A DNA stretch of 64,000 nt from Octopus bimaculoides (Eukaryota), in contig NC_068996.1 of the NCBI RefSeq assembly GCF_001194135.2, positions 34,810,499 to 34,874,498 on the forward strand. Direction: 5' to 3'. The notes under the pieces were generated by a model. It saw nothing but the letters and a program-made list of their open reading frames with translations, was not told where the DNA came from and ran no database searches. This document shows, piece by piece, positions 11,881-26,198 of the stretch; the stretch's first letter is position 1; every line of letters begins with the position of its first letter. The position numbers and the translations under genes are program-made.

Positions 11881-13249
11881 CTGGTGAGATGATATTGTTG
11901 TTGAACCCAATCCTAAGTGTGAGAAGAGAGCTGTGATTAAAAGACATTACAGCTATGACCATCCTATCATTCCCTCAGGTATGTCATTCCAAGAACTCCA
12001 TTATTTTATTTTCAAGATGGTTGGCTGTAACTTGAGTGAGATTTGTCTGTTATATCTAGCAAGTTGAGGGACCTGTGAAAGGTTTCTTGTCAGTTTGAAA
12101 TGGTGAGATTAATACAGTTAAACATTTGTGACATCCAGAGGGGAAAATGTGGGTAGAAAAATGGAGGTGGAGGGGTGGGTGAGTGGATGAAAGAACAAGT
12201 GGGTGGATGGACAGACAGGTAGGTGGATGGATAGTTGGGTGGATGGTTGGATGTTTTAGAAAAAAGAGATCATTGGCCATGACCTTCATTCTCTGTCTCT
12301 CTCAGACTGTGAAAATGATACAGTTTACATTCAGATTCAACATCTCTAAATCAACAACTGCAGGAAAAAATGTAGGTGGTAGGAAGAAAATTCTTGAAGA
12401 CTGACCTTTTTTGGAAGAAGGATTGGGTATAATTGTGTGGTGGTAGGCCTGGTTTGAAATGGTGTTAATATGTGAATATTTAGCTCAGAGGAAAATGTTC
12501 AAAACACATCTTTCTCTAGAAATAAGTTTTATATTTTTTCTTTCTTTTTCAATCCTTTTTTTTTTTTAAATAAAAAAGAACTTGCAATATTTTCCAGTAT
12601 TCTATAGTCTTGGAGAATATCTTCAATGGTTTTCCTCATTCAAGAAATGTTTTGCTACAAATATATTAAAAATAATTTTAAAGAAAAACAATTAAAATTT
12701 AATTTTGATTCATGTCAACAGTACATTAGCTCTTTGAATATCTTTCTTCTCACTTGGATTATTATTATTGTTGTATCTTCATGAAAAACAGGAAAAGGTT
12801 GTGGGCAGTGTCTCTTATAGGAATGAAATTATATGAAAATAACCATCATCATCAGCATCTGCCACAACATGCATATCAATATTATTGTTGTCATGATGGT
12901 ATCATCATTATGATCGTGATGATGATCATTATCACCATAACTGTGATTGTCCATACAAATACTATATCATCATCATCATCATCATCATTGTCTCCAAAGT
13001 ATTTCAGTATCNNNNNNNNNNNNNNNNNNNNNNNNNNNNNNNNNNNNNNNNNNNNNNNNNNNNNNNNNNNNNNNNNNNNNNNNNNNNNNNNNNNNNNNNN
13101 NNNNNNNNNNNAAATGACATTGCTAGAAGTGCAGGTAAAGGAGTCGGTGATATGATAGGGATGATGATGGGTAACTGTGAGGATGGTGGTGTTGGAGAGG
13201 TAGGGTCAAGTGCAGCTGAGTTGGTGGGATCTGGATAATGAGCCAGGTT

Positions 13250-13870
13250 GGGTGGTAGGGTTAGGAAAGAAACTGTGGACCAGGAGGTCACACAGGTTGG
13301 TTATGGGCTCGTTTGAAGGAGGGAAGGGGTAGGTTGGGGAAGATGTACGAGGTGGAGGTGTCAAACTGGAGTTGCTGGAAGGCTCAGAGAATGGTGCATT
13401 GGAGAAGTGGTAGGTGAAGGGAAACAGGAACAGGAGATGGGCAAATGCGGAGAAGGGGCTGGGAGAGAGAACAGAAGCCTGGTCCATGGAACATGCTCTG
13501 GCAAGGGCTGTGTGGATAGTGGTGAGGGGATATTCATGAAGGATGAAGTGGGAAGCCAGGAGTTGAGACCGAGTCTCAAAGTCATGGTTGTCACTGCAGA
13601 GCCTGTGCAGATGGAGGAATTGGGAGTAGGGGATGGAGAGCTTGGTGTGGGTAGGGTGGGTGGAGGAAAAGTTAATGTATGAGTTTGAGTTGGTGTGTTT
13701 GTAGTGGATGGAGGTAGTGAGAATGGAGTGGTGTATGTTGACCGAAATGTCGAGAAATGCGACAGAAGCATTGGAAGTAGTGCAGGAAAATTCGAGGGCA
13801 GGATGGAAGGATTGGACAAAAGACAAGAAGGAGTCTAGTTGTTCATGGAAGTGTGTGTCTATGTCTGTAT
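13250..13870 (-). mobile_element. Penelope-like element remnant, RT C-terminus and thumb
   Basis: FLDISV..TSIHYKHT.S.SYINFSSTHP.HTKLSIPYSQFLHLHRLCS matches the PLE FLD..YRKPT..YL...S.HP...K.SIPYSQFLRLRR.CS pattern. Confidence 0.85.
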
Positions 13871-14374
13871 TTATCAACCTCCCCACCATCACCGCTAGAC
13901 ACATGGTGTTGGTGTCTTTATTTTCCCATGACTTAGTAGTTTGGCAAAAGAGACCAAGTTAATAAGTACAAGGGTTAAAAAATTAGTCCTGGGGGTGATT
14001 TGTTTGACTGAAATCCTTCAAATGACTGAAGCAAATAAAAGATAATGATCATGATGCTCATGATGGTTTCTCATTTGGGGGCACTAAGCCAATGTTTTTG
14101 AGTGGTTAGTAGGCCTATGTACTTGACTGGTACTTTTTTTTATCAGCTTCAGAGGGATGAATGGTGAAGTTAATCTTCGGGAGATTTGCACTCAAAAGGT
14201 AAAGAGCTGGAACAAATGTTGCAAAGAACTTTTTCTGACATGTTAACAATTCTTCCAGCTTGCCAATCATAATAATAATAATAATAATAATGTGAAAAAA
14301 AAGTAGCACAGAGAGATGAGAAAGAAATTTTACAGAAAAAAATCAAAAACACAACACAATGTGCCTCATATATG

Positions 14375-14690
14375 TATATAGGCACATGGCTCAGTGATTT
14401 GAGCATAGGGCTCACAATCATGAGGTAGTGAGTTTAATTCCCTGGATCGGGCTGCCTGTTGTGTTCTTGAGCAAGTTACTTTATTTCATGCTGTTCCAGT
14501 TCACTCAGCTGTAGAAATGAGTTGCGACGTCACTGGTGCCAAGCTGTGTTGGACTTTACCTTTCCTTTGGATAACATCAGTGGTGTGGAGAGGGGAGGCT
14601 GGTATGCATGGGTGACTGCTAGTCTTCCATAAACAACCTTGCCCGGACTTGTGCCTTGGAGGGTAACTATATATTATGTGACGCACATTA
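14375..14690 (+). mobile_element. Second tRNA-headed SINE family
   Basis: GGCACATGGCTCAGTG head and GTGTTCTTGAGCAAG core; related copies at about 4210-4460, 39130-39370 and 58180-58450. Confidence 0.7.
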
Positions 14691-15726
14691 CAGTGGAAGT
14701 ATGCTAGTGGCACCACTACCACCAACAACAATAGTAATCATTGTTTCTAATATAGGTAGGCATAAACTCTAAAATTTGAGAGATGAGGTTAAGTCAAGGC
14801 CATTGACAACAGTACTTAGTTGGTACTTTAATTTATCAACTCCAAAAGGGTGGAAGACAAAGTTGACTTTGGTGAAATTTGAACTCAGAATAAGATGAGC
14901 CAGAACAAATACTACAAGGCTTTTCATCCAACAGTCTGTTTCTGATAATCTACCACTCTAACAACAACAATAACAATAAAAGAGTGATTAAAATAAACTG
15001 ATATGGAAGTGACTAATAGTGATGATGATAATATTGTTGTTATTTAGCCCTAAGCTGGTTCCTACAGTGCACACCTATGATCAAAGCTGTTCAAATTCTA
15101 GCTATGTCAGTCCCTTTTTTTGTTTACAGCACTGTATCATAGTTTATCTTGAATTACATTAGCTAATGTGTTCTTTTCTTTCCGAGATGGCAGGGTGTAA
15201 ATTGAGGGATATTGAGCTGCTGTCTCTAGGAGATTGAACAACTGTACAAAGACTCCCACACTGGTTCATTAAAAATGATGATGGCGGTAGTTTTGATGAT
15301 AATGTGGTGATGATGACAGTAGTGATAATAGTATCTCTGATTGTAATGAAAATGATGGTATTGATAACCATGATGACAATGGTAGTGTTGGTGATGATGG
15401 TAATGATGATGAAGCCAGCAGTTATCGTTTCATTCAACTGAAAATAACTTTCACTTGATAAGGTTAAAACTTCCTGTAAAATACAAGCAAAAACAAAATT
15501 TTAATTAAATTGAAAATGTAATTGGTGATTTGTGTGTGGGTTATTTAACCCTTTAGCATTCACATTATTCTGTCAAAAATAACGCTTATTTTTTCACATT
15601 TTTTTCTATTAATCATGCATTATTTTGTAGTTTTGAGATTTTGATGAGCTAACTGTTAATTTTTAGAATTATGTTTTAAGGTTGGTCTGAGACCTGGCCT
15701 GTTTGAGCATAAAACAGGGCTGTATA

Positions 15727-16259
15727 CAGGGTGAGGCAAATGTCATGCACTATAGGGATAATTTATTAAAAAAAATTTTTGCTAGTTATTTAATTGTTAT
15801 ATGTGCTATTCAAAATACCCCACTTCCTTTTCATAACACATTTCAATTCTGACCTTTGGCTAACACCTGTCTCTTGACTTGTCGATTTTTGGGGGGCTGT
15901 TTGTAAGAGTTTCTAAAACAACCACTGTTGATGTTGAATCGGTTGCACTTTTTGATCTGCTGGATTGAGGGCGATCAGCAACACTACCAATTTCTTTAAA
16001 ACGATTAATTAGAAACCCAACAGTTGACTTATCAATTGAAAGTCAGTGTGGATTCTGCCTGTTGAATTCCTCTCCATCAGGTCTGTGAGTAGTACCTACT
16101 TTTCCATACATGAACACTAAGGTAACTCATTCATCCTTCCTTAGTTTTTCACCTGTCTTGGTTGAAATTGTTTCTACAAATAAGAAAATATCAGAACAAA
16201 TTAGATATTTAAAACATTAATTAATTAACTTCTGTGGTGTGTGACATTTGCCTCACCCT
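15727..16259 (-). mobile_element. Non-autonomous Tc1/mariner element
   Basis: TIRs CAGGGTGAGGCAAATGTCA and TGACATTTGCCTCACCCT with TA flanks; internal remnant DKSTVGFLINRFKEIGSVADRP.S.RSKSAT resembles a transposase HTH N-terminus. Confidence 0.8.
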
Positions 16260-16557
16260 TATATATATATCCTGCTCAGGCTCCAATTGTCTGTTTAGAT
16301 ATGATTTCTATGACTGGATGCCCTTCCTAATGCCAACCACTTTACACCAGCATGGGTACTTTTGAGTGGCACCGACACAAGTACTTTTATGTAGTACCAC
16401 CACAGGTGCTTTTACACAGCACTAGCATGGGTGCCTTTTACATAGCACTGACATGACACCAGCACCTGTGAGTCCTCTTGGAAAAAATCTATCCAATCCA
16501 TGTAAGCATGAGAAAATGATAGTGATGCTGATATAAGTATGTCTTTGCATGTGTATA

Positions 16558-18545
16558 TCATCATCATCATCATCATTTGATATCTGTTGTCCATGTTGGC
16601 ATGGGTTGGATGGTTTGACTAGAGCTGGGGAGCTGCATCAGAATCCAGTCTGATTTGGCATGATTTCTAACAGCTTGATGCCCTTCCTAATGCCAACCAC
16701 TTTACAAAGAGTGCTGGGTGCTTTTACATGGCACCACACAAGTACTTTTATGTGGCACTGCACAGGCACTTTTACATTGTACTGCATGGGCACTTTTACT
16801 TGGCATGCCACAAATGCTTTTTTTCATGGCACCCATACAGGACTATTTGCAGGTCAATCCTCACCACTGGGGGAACTGGTCTTAACACTTCTGCTGCAGA
16901 GTATGTGCCTTCTTGAGTACAGAAGGTGCCAGGCATCTTGGAACTTTGTGATCTCATCTGAAAGATTCAGCATCCTGAGATCATTCTTCAGCACATCATC
17001 CCATGTCTTCTTAGGTCTCCCACTTTCATGTGTTCCTTCTACTTTGAAAGAGTGTCACTTTTTTATGTAGCTGTCAGCATCCATCCACATCACGTGACCA
17101 AACCAGCATTGTCTTCTCTCTTGCACACTACATTTAATTCCTCTTATGCCTAACTTCTCTCTCAAAGCATCAACACTCTGTCGAACATGTACACTTACAT
17201 TACACATCTAGTGGAGCATACTAGCCTCATTTCTTTCTAGCCTTCATATGTCCTCTGCATTCAGGGCCCATGTCTCACTACCATGTAGAATTGCTGTCTG
17301 TATGCACGCATCATACAATCTTACTTTGACTCGGAGAGAAAAACCTTTTGTAGCCAACAGAGGTAGCAGTTCTCTGAATTTCCTCCATCTTATCTTGCTA
17401 TCACACTCTCTGTTCATCTTCCTTCACTACTAATTTGGTTCCCTAGGTAGCAGAAATTATCTAGTACCTCTAATGAGCAACCAGGATATTTGAGAGAATC
17501 AATTTCCCAAGTCTCTATAGTTTTTATGAATCCTGTGAATCTTCCACATACAAACACTACCTTCACTGATAATCTTTCTATTAATCCACTGCACCTCTTG
17601 TGTGTCCTTAGCTTACACTGGGTACATGGAGTGGAGTTCCTGCCTACACCTTTCCTACATACCGAACAGGGTCATCTACTTGAAGTGGGTAAGGTTCTGT
17701 CAGTTTTCTTGCTTACTAGGACTTTAGTCTTTGCTAAATTAACCTTAAGACCCTTAGATTCCAGGTTTTGCTTCCACACCTGTAATTTCTCTTCTAGCTC
17801 TAATATGGAATCTGTTATGAGGACAATATCAGCATGTAGTAGTCTTGAATTCTTCTGTTATTGCCTGAAGGACAATGATGATAGGGAGGAGACTAAGGAC
17901 TGAGCCTTAATGAACCCCTACATGTACACCAAATTCTTTGCTGTACTCGTGGTTAACTCTCACTTTACTGACAGTGTCTTTGTAGATGGCTTGTACAGCT
18001 TTCACCAGCCACTCTTCTATCCCTAACCTCCTCAGTGCCCACCATATCACACAGCAAAGCACTCTATCAAAGGCTTTCTCTAGATCAACAAATGCCAAGT
18101 ATATTGGCTTATTCTTAGCTAAATACTTCTCTTGCAGTTGCCTGACTATGAAAATAGCATCAGTAGTGCTTCTTCCCTGGATGAAGCCAAACTGCATTTC
18201 ATCTAGCCTAATCCTGCTCCTAATTAATTGGGCTATAACTCTCTTTGTAATTTTCATCACCTGATCCAGGAGTTTGATGCCTCAGTAATTGCTTCTATCT
18301 AAAGCATCCCTTGTAGTAGTTAACAATTAGGCCGCTATACCAGTCACTGGGTATTACACCTTCCTGAATGACCTAATTAACTATGCAGATGACTAGCCTA
18401 TACACTACCTTACCAAATATTTTGAGCATCTCAGTCATGATTCTGGATGGACCAGGGGCTTTCCTGATTTTCATGGTTTTAATTGCCTTATCTACCATAC
18501 TGCTGTCCGCTAGGATAGTTAGTTCCTCCGTTGGGTTCACATGAG
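16558..18545 (-). mobile_element. Degenerate RTE-clade LINE with RT fragment
   Basis: Minus-strand ORF 17907-18260 contains QFGFIQGRSTTDAIFIVRQLQEK and AFVDLEKAFDRV (RT motifs); (CAT)n tail at about 16558. Confidence 0.88.
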
Positions 18546-19629
18546 GGAGACATTTGTACTATTCATTCTCTACATTCAACAGTCTTACATAGTAACTTTT
18601 GAACGCCTCTTTCTTGTCCATATCATTAAATGCAAGCATGCTATTATCCATCCACACACACTTCTCTCCTACAATATCTCAATTTTCACTGACATGCTGT
18701 CTAGCAATCCAAAGCACTTCAAGTCTCTGATCTTCATGCTGTACGACTTTAGCAAACCTCTTCTTTTCTGCTTTTTTGTTATATATATGTAACAGAGTTA
18801 TTAGTGAAAGATTATCAATCCAGACAATATACTTTATAAGCTCTCTGTTTTGGTGGTTTTCATAGGAAGAGAAAAGAAAGAAGAAAAATGTTTGAGAGGG
18901 AGGGGGTGGTGTAGCTTTTGTATCAGTGTGGTCAAACTTGCTTGATTCAATGTTTTCTTTTTTTAGTGACCTTTTGGGTGGGGGAGGAAAGGAATTTTTT
19001 GTATTCAAGTGGTTAAGGTTTTTAATGGAAGGCCAGATGTTGTTTTTGATTTTCTCCAGTAAGAATTATAGTTACATTTCAAGGTTTTACTTTTTAAAAT
19101 TCTTTTGTATTCATTAATGTAAGGGAAAGAGAATGGTTATATGGATGTAGTCATTTTTTTAAAAATTAAGATTCCAGATGTTGTTTTTGATTTAGCTGTG
19201 TATGGTTGTTTTTGAAAGAGTGATTTTAAAGTAAGTATAAGTGTGATTTTAAATACAATCTGAAAAAAGTTTAAGCATGGGAAAGTGTTTCTCAATTATG
19301 AATATGATCTAAATTTAAAAAAAAAACCATAAATATGATCTGCGTTCCTTGAATTTTCCTTATCCACATATTTCCAAATCAACCGTTTAATTTCAGTGAG
19401 AACTTCTTTATGAAATATAGTTCCATTGTCTTCCAGTAGTTCAGGTCATTCTTTGAGCATTTATAGAAGGGGAAGATCTTGAATTTTCTTTCTCCACATT
19501 TTCTGATAAATCCAATAACAGAAGAAAGTGCTAAAAATGTAAATAAAAAATATCTATATAATCATCTAACATTCTGACTACCTTATTATTCTCATTATAC
19601 AATATCTGTTCATCACTTCAAAAACTCTC

Positions 19630-19664
<35 letters not shown>

Positions 19665-19674
19665 NNNNNNNNNN

Positions 19675-19707
<33 letters not shown>

Positions 19708-19938
19708 GGGGACAAGTGTGTTCATGTATAAATAATTGTGTGTATATTTGTGAATATGTATATATGCATATGTGTGTATACATATGTTTTGTGTGTGTGT
19801 GTTTGTATGTCTATGTATAGAATAAAATTTATTTTAAACTGAAACTGCACAACTATGACTGTGAGCTTCATGTTTTGCCAATTTTCAAGCAGTAAACGAA
19901 AAAAAAAAAAAAATCTACCAGCAAATCTTATATATATA

Positions 19939-21875
19939 CTAGCAGTATAACCCGACCTTGTCCGGGTGTGACTTATTATGCCATCTACGATAAGTCTTGC
20001 TAGCTGAAAATCAACTAAAAAAGAAAGCCTTACAACGAAAAAACCCTTATGATGTAAATATGTTCATAATTCAAAAGACAATGAAATTAATAGGGAAAGT
20101 CTGAAGGCTGTTTTGCGTAAAATTATTAAGCATACGTAAATTTCATCCGTGTAATTGGCTATAGAAATGCANNNNNNNNNNNNNNNNNNNNNNNNNNNNN
20201 NNNNNNNNNNNNNNNNNNNNNNNNNNNNNNNNNNNNNNNNNNNNNNNNNNNNNNNNNNNNNNNNNNNNNNNNNNNNNNNNNNNNNNNNNNNNNNNNNNNN
20301 NNNNNNNNNNNNNNNNNNNNNNNNNNNNNNNNNNNNNNNNNNNNNNNNNNNNNNNNNNNNNNNNNNNNNNNNNNNNNNNNNNNNNNNNNNNNNNNNNNNN
20401 NNNNNNNNNNNNNNNNNNNNNNNNNNNNNNNNNNNNNNNNNNNNNNNNNNNNNNNNNNNNNNNNNNNNNNNNNNNNNNNNNNNNNNNNNNNNNNNNNNNN
20501 NNNNNNNNNNNNNNNNNNNNNNNNNNNNNNNNNNNNNNNNNNNNNNNNNNNNNNNNNNNNNNNNNNNNNNNNNNNNNNNNNNNNNNNNNNNNNNNNNNNN
20601 NNNNNNNNNNNNNNNNNNNNNNNNNNNNNNNNNNNNNNNNNNNNNNNNNNNNNNNNNNNNNNNNNNNNNNNNNNNNNNNNNNNNNNNNNNNNNNNNNNNN
20701 NNNNNNNNNCTCTTCTTTGGAGGCATAATCTATGTATATATTAAACAGAACAACAAAAGTTATAATAGATGGCAGTGTCGGTACTTTTCACATATCTGTA
20801 ATTTTTCAGATTAACACCCGCACGATTACCCAACCCTAATCTTAACACTAACCCTAACACTAACCCTAAACCCTAACCCTAACCCTGATCCTGACCCTAA
20901 AAACCGTAACCGTAACATTAATCCTAAACCCTGACCCTAAAACCCTAACCCTAACACCCTAGTGAAAATCTTGGTAAATTTACAAAACATTGACGAACAT
21001 GAGTTATATTTTACTGAATGATNNNNNNNNNNNNNNNNNNNNNNNNNNNNNNNNNNNNNNNNNNNNNNNNNNNNNNNNNNNNNNNNNNNNNNNNNNNNNN
21101 NNNNNNNNNNNNNNNNNNNNNNNNNNNNNNNNNNNNNNNNNNNNNNNNNNNNNNNNNNNNNNNNNNNNNNNNNNNNNNNNNNNNNNNNNNNNNNNNNNNN
21201 NNNNNNNNNNNNNNNNNNNNNNNNNNNNNNNNNNNNNNNNNNNNNNNNNNNNNNNNNNNNNNNNNNNNNNNNNNNNNNNNNNNNNNNNNNNNNNNNNNNN
21301 NNNNNNNNNNNNNNNNNNNNNNNNNNNNNNNNNNNNNNNNNNNNNNNNNNNNNNNNNNNNNNNNNNNNNNNNNNNNNNNNNNNNNNNNNNNNNNNNNNNN
21401 NNNNNNNNNNNNNNNNNNNNNNNNNNNNNNNNNNNNNNNNNNNNNNNNNNNNNNNNNNNNNNNNNNNNNNNNNNNNNNNNNNTGGTTGTGTGTGTTTTTA
21501 CGTATCTATGTTATGAAAAATAGGTAAAGAATACTGAGATGAAAGTTTAATCTATGACGTATGTATCACTTTCTCTCTCTCTCCCTCTCCTTCTTTTACT
21601 CTTACTCTCTATATTTTTATGTTGAGCGTGTGTGTAAGAATGGCGTTCCAGGTAGAAGGGATGAAATATAAAAGTTGCTAGAAACAACAGCCAAATCTCC
21701 CTTAAATCACACAAAGTAAACGGAATTTAAAAAATCTAATTACTGCACTGGAAAGTTCAGATCGAGAAAATTCCATTGATGTAGAAATTTTTACAAAAAA
21801 GTGGAAAATGTGGATTTCTATAAACTTTTAAAAAGGCTTCAGACAGACACACAATTTCAGCTTTATATATTAAGA
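19939..21875 (-). mobile_element. Non-autonomous Helitron, copy 2 (two internal N-gaps)
   Basis: On the minus strand it reads A|TCTTAATATATAAAGCTG ... CCCGGACAAGGTCGGG hairpin, TTATACTG, CTAG|T. These are canonical Helitron TC and CTAG ends with an A^T insertion site. Confidence 0.88.
20832..20961 (-). repeat. Degenerate (TTAGGG)n tract inside Helitron copy 2 (CCCTAA on the plus strand)
   Basis: Same internal position as in copy 1, but shorter (about 130 vs about 196 bp). Confidence 0.95.
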
Positions 21876-23390
21876 TAAAATCAAAAAAAAAATATTGCAT
21901 ATGTGGTGCATGTTAACAATAGGAAATCTTTTGATTTGGTTGGAACTTGTAATACTGTTGTATTATTGATGTACACCCTCAAGGTATTTTGAAATATTTG
22001 AACAAACAATTCTGATTCATGATGACGCAATATATTGAACATGAGATACACTTTAACAAAAGAGAGCTTTTTTTGTGTAGAGCATGCAACAAAATTGAAG
22101 AATAATGTAAGCACTTTTCAACATTCTACAAACATTGTTATCCACCCATACAAAACCAAGAATTTATTTGAAATTAGCAGTGACATATACAATAAGCTTT
22201 ATCTAGTTATAACTAATAAAAAGTGTATCAAATTATTTTCAGTTTCATTAATTTAGAAACTCGGCAGAAAGCTGCCTTGTTAGAAATAAATGATGAAATT
22301 GTGTGTCCTTACAATATATTTAAGGCCCATAAGCATAAATCTATTAATAATTCACTTTATCAAATAACACATTCAACTGAATGGGAGTTAGATTATGTAA
22401 AAATTTCTCAGTCACAATAAATTGCAAATTTAAACAAGGAATAATAGTACTTTCATTATTATTTTGGTTAATAAAGTCTTAGTGATAAGATTAATAAATT
22501 CAGCTACTTTGAAATCAACCCTTTGTTAACTAAATCAATGCACCAAAAAACATCTGTTATTGACAAGATTCATCTTTCAGTCAGAGATTTCACTAACAAA
22601 ATAATCATGCATGCAAGCTCATTGCTTTCTTTGGAAAACAACCTATCAGTGAAAGTAAATTGTTTATTGTTTTGGTGTGATAATGAGTAGCCTAGCCTTC
22701 ACAGGTATTTGAGAACTTATGGGTCTTTTACATTTATACTATAAGTTTAATAAATACAGTGTGGTTTACAAGGTAATGACATATTCAGTGTTACACTTAA
22801 TATGAATGCCCAACAGTTAGATAGTTCAGAGAAAAAAATTCTTTGAGTTATTTACATCTAAAGATTATTGTTAATATGAACTTTCGTATCCTTAATTTTT
22901 TTAGATATTGTAAATTTAGAAGCTAATAAATATTATCTAATTATGAAACCAAGGAAAAAAATTACTATCAAATATTGCTTTAAGTCAACCTCTCTTATAA
23001 AATAATTTAATGAAAATATTATTATACGTTATCTCATAATTAAGATGTTGCATCTCTCACTAAAGTAGCCTTTTATTATTATGAAGCATTGAAATGCATA
23101 ATAATTTTAATTCTCAAATGCAAAGAAATGGAAGCCATAAAATTATTTGGTTTAAAGTTCCACTCAGCCTTAATTATGAGTGCAAGTATCAGTAAATATG
23201 TCTTCAACCTCTTAGATAATTATTTCTTGAAAAGTCGTAGCTATAGGTGCAGGTATGGTTTATGGTTAGGAAGCGTGCTTTGCAAACTTGTGATCTTGGG
23301 TTCAATTCACTGTGTGGCACCTTCAGCAAGTGTCTTATACTATAGCTCCACGACTGATGCTTTGTAAGTGAGTTTGGAAGACAAGATTGT

Positions 23391-23392
<2 letters not shown>

Positions 23393-23436
<44 letters not shown>

Positions 23437-25194
23437 TCTCTCTCTCTCTCTCTCCCCCCTCTCTCAATGTATTATTTGTCACAACCACTGCTTGATTGGC
23501 AAACAAGACTGATAGAATAGGTACCAGCCTTAAAAAGCTGTGTACTGGAGCTAATTTGTGCTCAACAAAACCCTTCAAGACTTTATTCCAGCATAGTCAC
23601 ACTCCAATGACTGAAATAAAATATAAAAATAATTATATTTTTGTTAGGAATAATGTTAATATAACTTTCAATTGCATACATAATTTTGTTTTAGATATAC
23701 AAAATTTTAATAGTATAAATCTTAAACTCCTCTTTACATCTTTTTCTTTCTGTTCATGTAATTGTTTTAATCTAGTAAATTGTCCATGAACTAATTATAT
23801 CTTTCAAAAATCAAAACCCTGTGTAACTGGGAATCCTTTTAATTTGAGATACAATCCACTTCAACATATTTTCAGAAATCCTGAAAGATCTTTTGATACA
23901 AGTTTATCAAAGTACATGTAGTCTTTAAGAAATAACAATATCAGAAATTATTTGGAAGATATTAGAATATACCAAACTGGTAATGATGGCTGTGTTCTTT
24001 GTATTTCTGAAAAAAAAAATGAATTCTGTCTTAAACACCCATTCTGAGCTTGTAATCTTTTGGCACCATAAGTCAAAAATGCTCACTCATTAGACATTTA
24101 AAAATGTTTAATAATTGACCATCAGATGGCTTCCTGTCATATTGAAACATGCTCCAAACAAATCAAAAAGTCTTCTTTTATAACCTTGTGTTTCATACTG
24201 TTATTATACACTCCATCCATATTCAACAGTATATATTTTCTGTATAAAGTAAGATAGTTTTTATCTTTTATTTCTGTATAAAGTAAGATAGTTTTTATCT
24301 TTTATCTTTCTTTTACCTGTTACAGAAATTGGACTGCAGCCATACTGAACCGTTTAGTTGAACTAATCAACCCCAGTAATTCTATCAGTCTCTATTTACA
24401 AACTGCTAAGTTACAGAGATGTAAATAAACCAATATTGGTTGTCAAACAGTGATGGGGACAAACACACACACACACATGCATGCAGAATGGGCATGTTTG
24501 AGTTTCCATCGATCAAATACACTCACAAGGCTTTGGTTGGCCAAAGGCTATAGTAAAAGATATTTGCCCAAGGTGCCATGCAGTGGGACCTTCTTCAATG
24601 TTTTCAGAATTGGCAAACTGTGCAGAACATAGTTGTGACTTATGGAGTTTGAGTTTACAAGAAAATTTTATTCTATTACTCTATTATATTGTGTTGAATT
24701 CTTTTTCTTGGAATTTTGATACTGTTGTCATATACATACCTGAATAAATGCAAACATATGCACACATGCACACGCGCACACACACACACATTGTGGTTAA
24801 TTTACTCTCAAAAATATTCGCAATTTTCCCATTTCTATTTTTATCTACCATTTAATTTTTTTTTTGTTTTGTCTCTGTTTTTCTCTACTCTAGTCCTTCA
24901 TGACTAAGAGATTTTTTTTTCTTTTTAGGTGGAGGGGGCAGATTGTTAATAAATCTATTAATGAAAAGGGAGAAAGCGGGAGACGAGAGAGAAAGAGAGA
25001 GCAACTACTGATAACATCCTCCTCTCAAACTTGATACCCTTTCTCTATTTTCTCTCTCTATCTCTCTCTTTCCATCTGCTTGCCTGTCTTTCTCTTTCTC
25101 TCCCTCTCTCTCTCTCTATTTTTCTCTCTTTCTCTTCCTGTCTACCTCTCTCTCTTTCTCACTCTGTCTGTCTCCCTATCTCTTGTGTGCGTGT

Positions 25195-25242
<48 letters not shown>

Positions 25243-26162
25243 TCCATTCCTCATGATTTGAGAATGGAATATGGTTAGTTTGTTGCTACCATAGCAGCCA
25301 GCAGTAGCAGCAACATACCACAATAGCTACAAAGCCAAACAGGGATAAATTGCTTAAGAGAAGATAATATTAATTCTAAGCTGTTTTTGTTGTTGTTCTT
25401 TAGTTAAATCTTCTACACAGCTTCTGGCATAGAGTGTATATTATGGGAAAGTGAAGAAAAAAAAATGACTGAATGTATATTACAAAACATTAAAAAAAGA
25501 AAGAAATCCCATATCTGTTTGTTTTTAATGTGTGTATTTGACATTTCCTAAGTTTCCTACAAAATCGTTTCTGGCCATTCTAAATATATTTCATCTTGTC
25601 TTCAATAATAACTGTGAATTCTAATAACTAGCTATTAATAAATTAATAAGATATTAATAATTAATAACGGTGACTGGTAATTCAGCTTACATTTTTCTGA
25701 ATTTAATTACATGTGTGTCTTTGTATGTGTGCGTGCTTCTGTGTGCATGTGTGTATGTAAAATTCTAAGTGTCTTCTGATGAACTTGTTGCTCTATGGAC
25801 TTGTTGCTCCATGTGTGTGTAGAATTTTTATTCAAAGCTGTATCACCTTAAATTGCTACCTTGAATTTCATGTTGGTGCTTTCATCAGATGATGAGATTG
25901 TACAAAACCTGATGAAATTAGTAACAGGGAACTTGGAGTAATGACCTGTAAAGATACAACTTTGATCATAAATTATTCCTGCACTCTGTATAAGTATTGA
26001 GTACCATTTCACTTTAATGTATGTGCAAATGTATAACCATGTTTTTACTAAGATAACGGTGTATGTGTGTGTATTTACTGTCAAGCCTAGTCTTGTCTTC
26101 CCCACATCTTGGCTCTCTCTTATCTCCCTATCACTTATATCTCTGTCTCTCTCTATTACTTA

Positions 26163-26198
<36 letters not shown>

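Noticed and set aside
745-21527. Long ORFs of 130-220 aa containing X runs
   Set aside because: They stay open only because they cross N-gaps.
24238-24310. Small tandem duplications (34 bp here, 30 bp at about 52455-52515, 30-40 bp units at about 62900-63055)
   Set aside because: Ordinary slippage products with no further structure.
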